From Auanema rhodensis (taxonomy: Eukaryota > Animalia > Nematoda), in the NCBI GenBank assembly GCA_964057225.1, contig OZ059898.1, positions 19,964,001 through 20,028,000 of the forward strand: a DNA stretch of 64,000 nt. The letters run 5' to 3'. A program made the position numbers and the translations under genes. Shown piece by piece: positions 54,225-64,000 of the stretch (position 1 is the first letter of the stretch; the number at the start of each line of letters is the position of its first letter). Under the pieces are notes generated by a model. It saw only the letters and a list, made by a program, of their open reading frames with translations. It was not told where the DNA came from and did no database searches.

Positions 54225-57200
54225 TTGAAAAATGATGCATTAGTGTATTTTGAGTTTCCATGTACACTCAACATTGCTTCCAAAACATTTTGACAAAAAT
54301 TTTTTCGAAAAATTTCAAAATAATTTAGCAAAAAGTAGCTGTTTTTAGATTTCTTTTTTCAAGGCAAAAACGATGGACAATGTTATTCAACGAAAAAATT
54401 AATTCTTCAGGGTGAAAATCGAGGATATAAGTGTGAACTTATATCAGTTGATATCTCGGTGCATTTTTAAGCTAGCGCAAATCTGATAACACAGATCGAC
54501 GCAGCTTAAAAATCCGCATCGAATGCACTATACTACATTGAGAAACGCTTGATACAAAAATTAGTTATGATCGTTTGAAAAATGATGCATTAGTGTATTT
54601 TGAGTTTCCATGTACACTCAACATTGCTTCCAAAAACATTTTGACAAAAATTTTTCCGAAAAATTTCAAAATAATTTCGCAAAAAGTAGATGTTTTTAGA
54701 TTTCTTTTTTCAAGGCAAAGACGATGGACAAGGTTATTCAACGAAAAAATTAATTCTTCAGGGTGAAAATCGAGGATATAAGTGTGAACTTATATCAGTT
54801 GATATCTCGGTGCATTTTTCAGCTAGCGCAAATCTGATAACACAGATCGACGCAGCTTAAAAATCCGCATCGAATGCACTATACTACATTGAGAAACGCT
54901 TGATACAAAAATTAGTTATGATCGTTTGAAAAATGATGCATTAGTGTATTTTGAGTTTCCATGTACACTCAACATTGCTTCCAAAAACATTTTGACAAAA
55001 ATTTTTCCGAAAAATTTCAGAATAATTTCGCAAAAAGTAGATGTTTTTAGATTTTTTTTTTCAAGGCAAAGACGATGGACAAGGTTATTCAACGAAAAAA
55101 TTAATTCTTCAGGGTGAAAATCGAGGATATAAGTGTGAACTTATATCAGTTGATATCTCGGTGCATTTTTCAGCTAGCGCAAATCTAATAACACAGATCG
55201 ACGCAGCTTAAAAATCCGCATCGAATGCACTATACTACATTGAGAAACGCTTGATACAAAAATTAGTTATGATCGTTTGAAAATGATGCATTAGTGTATT
55301 TTGAGTTTCCATGTACACTCAACATTGCTTCCAAAAACATTTTGACAAAAATTTTTCCGAAAAATTTCAAAATAATTTCGCAAAAAGTAGATGTTTTTAG
55401 ATTTTTTTTTTCAAGGCAAAGACGATGGACAAGGTTATTCAACGAAAAAATTAATTCTTCAGGGTGAAAATCGAGGATATAAGTGTGAACTTATATCAGT
55501 TGATATCTCGGTGCATTTTCAAGCTAGCGCAAATCTAATAACACAGATCGACGCAGCTTAAAAATCCGCATCGAATGCACTATACTACATTGAGAAACGC
55601 TTGATACAAAAATTAGTTATGATCGTTTGAAAATGATGCATTAGTGTATTTTGAGTTTCCATGTACACTCAACATTGCTTCCAAAAACATTTTGACAAAA
55701 ATTTTTCCGAAAAATTTCAAAATAATTTCGCAAAAAGTAGATGTTTTTAGATTTTTTTTTTCAAGGCAAAGACGATGGACAAGGTTATTCAACGAAAAAA
55801 TTAATTCTTCAGGGTGAAAATCGAGGATATAAGTGTGAACTTATATCAGTTTATATCTCGGTGCATTTTCAAGCTAGCGCAAATCTAATAACACAGATCG
55901 ACGCAGCTTAAAAATCCGCATCGAATGCACTATACTACATTGAGAAACGCTTGATACAAAAATTAGTTATGATCGTTTGAAAAATGATGCATTAGTGTAT
56001 TTTGAGTTTCCATGTACACTCAACATTGCTTCCAAAACATTTTGACAAAAATTTTTTCGAAAAATTTCAAAATAATTTAGCAAAAAGTAGCTGTTTTTAG
56101 ATTCCTTTTTTCAAGGCAAAAACGATGGACAATGTTATTCAACGAAAAAATTAATTCTTCAGGGTGAAAATCGAGGATATAAGTGTGAACTTATATCAGT
56201 TGATATCTCGGTGCATTTTTAAGCTAGCGCAAATCTGATAACACAGATCGACGCAGCTTAAAAATCCGCATCGAATGCACTATACTACATTGAGAAACGC
56301 TTGATACAAAAATTAGTTATGATCGTTTGAAAAATGATGCATTAGTGTATTTTGAGTTTCCATGTACACTCAACATTGCTTCCAAAAACATTTTGACAAA
56401 AATTTTTCCGAAAAATTTCAAAATAATTTCGCAAAAAGTAGATGTTTTTAGATTTTTTTTTTCAAGGCAAAGACGATGGACAAGGTTATTCAACGAAAAA
56501 ATTAATTCTTCAGGGTGAAAATCGAGGATATAAGTGTGAACTTATATCAGTTGATATCTCGGTGCATTTTTCAGCTAGCGCAAATCTGATAACAGAGATC
56601 GACGCAGCTTAAAAATCCGCATCGAATGCACTATACTACATTGAGAAACGCTTGATACAAAAATTAGTTATGATCGTTTGAAAAATGATGCATTAGTGTA
56701 TTTTGAGTTTCCATGTACACTCAACATTGCTTCCAAAAACATTTTGACAAAAATTTTTCCGAAAAATTTCAAAATAATTTCGCAAAAAGTAGATGTTTTT
56801 AGATTTTTTTTTTCAAGGCAAAGACGATGGACAAGGTTATTCAACGAAAACATTAATTCTTCAGGGTGAAAATCGAGGATATAAGTGTGAACTTATATCA
56901 GTTGATATCTCGGTGCATTTTTAAGCTAGCGCAAATCTGATAACACAGATCGATGCAGCTTAAAAATCCGCATCGAATGCACTATACTACATTGAGAAAC
57001 GCTTGATACAAAAATTAGTTATGATCGTTTGAAAAATGATGCATTAGTGTATTTTGAGTTTCCATGTGCACTCAACATTGCTTCCAAAAACATTTTGACA
57101 AAAATTTTTCCGAAAAATTTCAAAATAATTTCGCAAAAAGTAGATGTTTTTCGATTTTTTTTTTCAAGGCAAAGACGATGGACAATGTTATTCAACGAAA

Positions 57201-57379
57201 AATTTAATTCTTCAGGGTGAAAATCGAAGATATAAGTGTGAACTTATATCAGTTGATATCTCGGTGCATTTTTAAGCTAGCGCAAATCTGATAACACAGA
57301 TCGATGCAGCTTAAAAATCCGCATCGAATGCACTATACTACATTGAGAAACGCTTGATACAAAAATTAGTTATGATCGT

Positions 57380-58779
57380 TTGAAAATGATGCATTAGTGT
57401 ATTTTGAGTTTCCATGTACACTCAACATTGCTTCCAAAAACATTTTGACAAAAATTTTTCCGAAAAATTTCAAAATAATTTCGCAAAAAGTAGATGTTTT
57501 TAGATTTTTTTTTTCAAGGCAAAGACGATGGACAAGGTTATTCAACGAAAACATTAATTCTTCAGGGTGAAAATCGAGGATATAAGTGTGAACTTATATC
57601 AGTTGATATCTCGGTGCATTTTTAAGCTAGCGCAAATCTGATAACACAGATCGACGCAGCTTAAAAATCCGCATCGAATGCACTATACTACATTGAGAAA
57701 CGCTTGATACAAAAATTAGTTATGATCGTTTGAAAAATGATGCATTAGTGTATTTTGAGTTTCCATGTACACTCAAGATTGCTTCCAAAACATTTTGACA
57801 AAAATTTTTTCGAAAAATTTCAAAATAATTTAGCAAAAAGTAGCTGTTTTTAGATTCCTTTTTTCAAGGCAAAGACGATGGACAAGGTTATTCAACGAAA
57901 AATTTAATTCTTCAGGGTGAAAATCGAAGATATAAGTGTGAACTTATATCAGTTGATATCTCGGTGCATTTTTAAGCTAGCGCAAATCTGATAACACAGA
58001 TCGATGCAGCTTAAAAATCCGCATCGAATGCACTATACTACATTGAGAAACGCTTGATACAAAAATTAGTTATGATCGTTTGAAAATGATGCATTAGTGT
58101 ATTTTGAGTTTCCATGTACACTCAACATTGCTTCCAAAAACATTTTGACAAAAATTTTTCCGAAAAATTTCAAAATAATTTCGCAAAAAGTAGATGTTTT
58201 TAGATTTTTTTTTTCAAGGCAAAGACGATGGACAAGGTTATTCAACGAAAAAATTAATTCTTCAGGGTGAAAATCGAGGATATAAGTGTGAACTTATATC
58301 AGTTTATATCTCGGTGCATTTTCAAGCTAGCGCAAATCTAATAACACAGATCGACGCAGCTTAAAAATCCGCATCGAATGCACTATACTACATTGAGAAA
58401 CGCTTGATACAAAAATTAGTTATGATCGTTTGAAAAATGATGCATTAGTGTATTTTGAGTTTCCATGTACACTCAAGATTGCTTCCAAAACATTTTGACA
58501 AAAATTTTTTCGAAAAATTTCAAAATAATTTAGCAAAAAGTAGCTGTTTTTAGATTCCTTTTTTCAAGGCAAAGACGATGGACAAGGTTATTCAACGAAA
58601 AAATTAATTCTTCAGGGTGAAAATCGAGGATATAAGTGTGAACTTATATCAGTTGATATCTCGGTGCATTTTTCAGCTAGCGCAAATCTGATAACACAGA
58701 TCGACGCAGCTTAAAAATTCGCATCGAATGCACTATACTACATTGAGAAACGCTTGATACAAAAATTACTTATGATCGT
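57380..58779. repeat. 2-monomer duplication, period 700 bp
   Basis: The private ACTCAAGATT occurs at 57771 and 58471. Confidence 0.8.
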
Positions 58780-61700
58780 TTGAAAAATGATGCATTAGTG
58801 TATTTTGAGTTTCCATGTACACTCAACATTGCTTCCAAAAACATTTTGACAAAAATTTTTCCGAAAAATTTCAAAATAATTTCGCAAAAAGTAGATGTTT
58901 TTAGATTTTTTTTTTTAAGGCAAAGACGATGGACAAGGTTATTCAACGAAAAAATTAATTCTTCAGGGTGAAAATCGAGGATATAAGTGTGAACTTATAT
59001 CAGTTGATATCTCGGTGCATTTTCAAGCTAGCGCAAATCTAATAACACAGATCGACGCAGCTTAAAAATCCGCATCGAATGCACTATACTAAATTGAGAA
59101 ACGCTTGATACAAAAATTAGTTATGACCGTTTGAAAAATGATGCATTAGTGTATTTTGAGTTTCCATGTACACTCAACATTGCTTCCAAAAACATTTTGA
59201 CAAAAATTTTTTCGAAAAATTTCAAAATAATTTCGCAAAAAGTAAATGTTTTTAGATTTCTTTTTTCAAGGCAAAGACGATGGACAATGTTATTCAACAA
59301 AAAAATTAATTCTTCAGGGTGAAAATCGAGGATATAAGTGTGAACTTATATCAGTTGATATCTCGGTGCATTTTAAAGCTAGCGCAAATCTAATAACACA
59401 GATCGACGCAGCTTAAAAATCCGCATCGAATGCACTATACTACATTGAGAAACGCTTGATACAAAAATTAGTTATGATCGTTTGAAAAATGATGCATTAG
59501 TGTATTTTGAGTTTCCATGTACACTCAACATTGCTTCCAAAACATTTTGACAAAAATTTTTTCGAAAAATTTCAAAATAATTTAGCAAAAAGTAGCTGTT
59601 TTTAGATTCCTTTTTTCAAGGCAAAGACGATGGACAAGGTTATTCAACGAAGAAATTAATTCTTCAGGGTGAAAATCGAGGATATAAGTGTGAACTTATA
59701 TCAGTTGATATCTCGGTGCATTTTTCAGCTAGCGCAAATCTGATAACACAGATCGACGCAGCTTAAAAATCCGCATCGAATGCACTAATCTACATTGAGA
59801 AACGCTTGATACAAAAATTAGTTATGATCGTTTGAAAAATGATGCATTAGTGTATTTTGAGTTTCCATGTACACTCAACATTGCTTCCAAAAACATTTTG
59901 ACAAAAATTTTTCCGAAAAATTTCAAAATAATTTCGCAAAAAGTAGATGTTTTTAGATTTTTTTTTTCAAGGCAAAGACGATGGACAAGGTTATTCAACG
60001 AAAAAACTAATTCTTCAGGGTGAAAATCGAGGATATAAGTGTGAACTTATATCAGTTGATATCTCGGTGCATTTTCAAGCTAGCGCAAATCTAATAACAC
60101 AGATCGACGCAGCTTAAAAATCCGCATCGAATGCACTATACTAAATTGAGAAACGCTTGATACAAAAATTAGTTATGACCGTTTGAAAAATGATGCATTA
60201 GTGTATTTTGAGTTTCCATGTACACTCAACATTGCTTCCAAAAACATTTTGACAAAAATTTTTTCGAAAAATTTCAAAATAATTTCGCAAAAAGTAAATG
60301 TTTTTAGATTTCTTTTTTCAAGGCAAAGACGATGGACAATGTTATTCAACAAAAAAATTAATTCTTCAGGGTGAAAATCGAGGATATAAGTGTGAACTTA
60401 TATCAGTTGATATCTCGGTGCATTTTTAAGCTAGCGCAAATCTGATAACACAGATCGACGCAGCTTAAAACTCCGCATCGAGTGCACTATACTACATTGA
60501 GAAACGCTTGATACAAAAATTAGTTATGATCGTTTGAAAAATGATGCATTAGTGTATTTTGAGTTTCCATGTACATTCAACATTGCTTCCAAAAATATTT
60601 TGACAAAAATTTTTCCGAAAAATTTCAAAATAATTTCGCAAAAAGTAGATGTTTTTAGATTTTTTTTTCAAGGCAAAGACGATGGACAAGGTTATTCAAC
60701 GAAAAAATTAATTCTTCAGGGTGAAAATCGAGGATATACGTGTGAACTTATATCAGTTGATATCTCGGTGCATTTTTCAGCTAGCGCAAATCTGATAACA
60801 CAGATCGACGCAGCTTAAAAATCCGCATCGAATCCACTATACTACATTGAGAAACGCTTGATACAAAAATTAGTTATGATCGTTTGAAAAATGATGCATT
60901 AGTGTATTTTGAGTTTCCATGTACATTCAACATTGCTTCCAAAAATATTTTGACAAAAATTTTTCCGAAAAATTTCAAAATATTTTTGCAAAAAGTAGAT
61001 GTTTTTAGATTTTTTTTTCAAGGCAAAGACGATGGACAAGGTTATTCAACGAAAAAATTAATTCTTCAGGGTGAAAATCGAGGATATAAGTGTGAACTTA
61101 TATCAGTTGATATCTCGGTGCATTTTTCAGCTAGCGCAAATCTGATAACACAGATCGACGCAGCTTAAAAATCCGCATCGAATGCACTATACTACATTGA
61201 GAAACGCTTGATACAAAAATTAGTTATGATCGTTTGAAAAATGATGCATTAGTGTATTTTGAGTTTCCATGTACACTCAACATTGCTTCCAAAAACATTT
61301 TGACAAAAATTTTTCCGAAAAATTTCAAAATAATTTCGCAAAAAGTAGATGTTTTTAGATTTTTTTTTTCAAGGCAAAGACGATGGACAAGGTTATTCAA
61401 CGAAAAAATTAATTCTTCAGGGTGAAAATCGAGGATATAAGTGTGAACTTATATCAGTTGATATCTCGGTGCATTTTCAAGCTAGCGCAAATCTAATAAC
61501 ACAGATCGACGCAGCTTAAAAATCCGCATCGAATGCACTATACTAAATTGAGAAACGCTTGATACAAAAATTAGTTATGACCGTTTGAAAAATGATGCAT
61601 TAGTGTATTTTGAGTTTCCATGTACACTCAACATTGCTTCCAAAAACATTTTGACAAAAATTTTTCCGAAAAATTTCAAAATAATTTCGCAAAAAGTAAA

Positions 61701-64000
61701 TGTTTTTAGATTTTTTTTTTCAAGGCAAAGACGATGGACAAGGTTATTCAACGAAAAAATTAATTCTTCAGGGTGAAAATCGAGGATATAAGTGTGAACT
61801 TATATCAGTTGATATCTCGGTGCATTTTCAAGCTAGCGCAAATCTAATAACACAGATCGACGCAGCTTAAAAATCCGCATCGAATGCACTATACTAAATT
61901 GAGAAACGCTTGATACAAAAATTAGTTATGACCGTTTGAAAAATGATGCATTAGTGTATTTTGAGTTTCCATGTACACTCAACATTGCTTCCAAAAACAT
62001 TTTGACAAAAATTTTTTCGAAAAATTTCAAAATAATTTCGCAAAAAGTAAATGTTTTTAGATTTCTTTTTTCAAGGCAAAGACGATGGACAATGTTATTC
62101 AACAAAAAAATTAATTCTTCAGGGTGAAAATCGAGGATATAAGTGTGAACTTATATCAGTTGATATCTCGGTGCATTTTTAAGCTAGCGCAAATCTGATA
62201 ACACAGATCGACGCAGCTTAAAACTCCGCATCGAGTGCACTATACTACATTGAGAAACGCTTGATACAAAAATTAGTTATGATCGTTTGAAAAATGATGC
62301 ATTAGTGTATTTTGAGTTTCCATGTACATTCAACATTGCTTCCAAAAATATTTTGACAAAAATTTTTCCGAAAAATTTCAAAATAATTTCGCAAAAAGTA
62401 GATGTTTTTAGATTTTTTTTTCAAGGCAAAGACGATGGACAAGGTTATTCAACGAAAAAATTAATTCTTCAGGGTGAAAATCGAGGATATAAGTGTGAAC
62501 TTATATCAGTTGATATCTCGGTGCATTTTTCAGCTAGCGCAAATCTGATAACACAGATCGACGCAGCTTAAAAATCCGCATCGAATGCACTATACTACAT
62601 TGAGAAACGCTTGATACAAAAATTAGTTATGATCGTTTGAAAAATGATGCATTAGTGTATTTTGAGTTTCCATGTACACTCAACATTGCTTCCAAAAACA
62701 TTTTGACAAAAATTTTTCCGAAAAATTTCAAAATAATTTCGCAAAAAGTAGATGTTTTTAGATTTTTTTTTTCAAGGCAAAGACGATGGACAAGGTTATT
62801 CAACGAAAAAATTAATTCTTCAGGGTGAAAATCGAGGATATAAGTGTGAACTTATATCAGTTGATATCTCGGTGCATTTTCAAGCTAGCGCAAATCTAAT
62901 AACACAGATCGACGCAGCTTAAAAATCCGCATCGAATGCACTATACTAAATTGAGAAACGCTTGATACAAAAATTAGTTATGACCGTTTGAAAAATGATG
63001 CATTAGTGTATTTTGAGTTTCCATGTACACTCAACATTGCTTCCAAAAACATTTTGACAAAAATTTTTTCGAAAAATTTCAAAATAATTTCGCAAAAAGT
63101 AAATGTTTTTAGATTTCTTTTTTCAAGGCAAAGACGATGGACAATGTTATTCAACAAAAAAATTAATTCTTCAGGGTGAAAATCGAGGATATAAGTGTGA
63201 ACTTATATCAGTTGATATCTCGGTGCATTTTTAAGCTAGCGCAAATCTAATAACACAGATCGACGCAGCTTAAAAATCCGCATCGAATGCACTATACTAA
63301 ATTGAGAAACGCTTGATACAAAAATTAGTTATGACCGTTTGAAAAATGATGCATTAGTGTATTTTGAGTTTCCATGTACACTCAACATTGCTTCCAAAAA
63401 CATTTTGACAAAAATTTTTTCGAAAAATTTCAAAATAATTTCGCAAAAAGTAAATGTTTTTAGATTTCTTTTTTCAAGGCAAAGACGATGGACAATGTTA
63501 TTCAACAAAAAAATTAATTCTTCAGGGTGAAAATCGAGGATATAAGTGTGAACTTATATCAGTTGATATCTCGGTGCATTTTTAAGCTAGCGCAAATCTG
63601 ATAACACAGATCGACGCAGCTTAAAACTCCGCATCGAGTGCACTATACTACATTGAGAAACGCTTGATACAAAAATTAGTTATGATCGTTTGAAAAATGA
63701 TGCATTAGTGTATTTTGAGTTTCCATGTACATTCAACATTGCTTCCAAAAATATTTTGACAAAAATTTTTCCGAAAAATTTCAAAATAATTTCGCAAAAA
63801 GTAGATGTTTTTAGATTTTTTTTTCAAGGCAAAGACGATGGACAAGGTTATTCAACGAAAAAATTAATTCTTCAGGGTGAAAATCGAGGATATAAGTGTG
63901 AACTTATATCAGTTGATATCTCGGTGCATTTTTTAGCTAGCGCAAATCTGATAACACAGATCGACGCAGCTTAAAAATCCGCATCGAATGCACTATACTA
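58780..64000. repeat. 3-monomer HOR (period ~1052 bp) interrupted by single-monomer duplications
   Basis: The GTAAATG/TTTCTTTT/AACAAA monomer occurs at 59131, 60183, 61936, 62988 and 63339. The GTACATTC/T9 monomer occurs at 60534, 60884, 62287 and 63690. Confidence 0.8.

Larger units (their letters stand above)
1..64000. repeat. Tandem satellite DNA array, ~351-bp AT-rich monomer, ~182 head-to-tail copies; continues beyond both window edges
   Basis: The landmark TTGAAAAATGATGCATTAGTG recurs every 349-352 bp (201, 551, 903, 1253 ... 63339, 63690). There is no unique sequence and no orientation switch. The copy at 3711-4061 has about 58 G + 52 C in 351 bp (~31% GC). Confidence 0.99.

Noticed and set aside
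12477-57554. Minus-strand 60-62 aa ORFs (MFSLNNLVHR...)
   Set aside because: They appear only where an incidental SNP (e.g. GAAAACATT) creates an ATG or changes frame; these are repeat artefacts.
903-63974. About 150 near-identical 63-94 aa plus-strand ORFs (MKNDALVYFEF...) as a tandem gene family
   Set aside because: They begin at TTG/GTG and are K/F/N/I-rich translations of A/T tracts with no recognisable domain. They are freely frameshifted or stopped by homopolymer indels and SNPs, and most variants are non-synonymous.
1-64000. CRISPR array or integron-like cassette array (hairpin-bearing repeats)
   Set aside because: There are no unique spacers or cassettes, the entire 351-bp unit is repeated, and no cas or integrase gene is present.
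1-64000. Tandem 5S rRNA, tRNA, snRNA or spliced-leader gene array
   Set aside because: I see no recognisable 5S, tRNA cloverleaf, snRNA or SL sequence, and no conserved-gene versus variable-spacer partition. An Rfam/Infernal scan would be the definitive test.

Overview
The whole 64-kb window is one uninterrupted, head-to-tail satellite DNA array. It holds about 182 copies of a ~351-bp monomer (349-352 bp; ~69% A+T by my count of the copy at 3711-4061), all in the same orientation and differing at only a few percent of positions. I see no genes, RNA genes, transposon insertions, inversions or CRISPR spacers. The recurring 60-94 aa ORFs are by-products of the repeat. The biology lies in the array's internal structure: (1) nested higher-order repeats (HORs) of 2, 3, 4, 5, 6, 8 and 18 monomers, the largest a 6318-bp 18-mer; (2) monomer variants segregated into a left domain (to ~23 kb), a transition zone (~23-28 kb) and a right domain; (3) a monomer densely tiled with imperfect inverted repeats; (4) many recurrent variants that turn quasi-palindromes into perfect palindromes. 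By inference this is (peri)centromeric or heterochromatic DNA of a eukaryote, probably an invertebrate given the lack of CpG depletion. I cannot name the satellite family or the species, and I find no evidence for a new protein-coding system.
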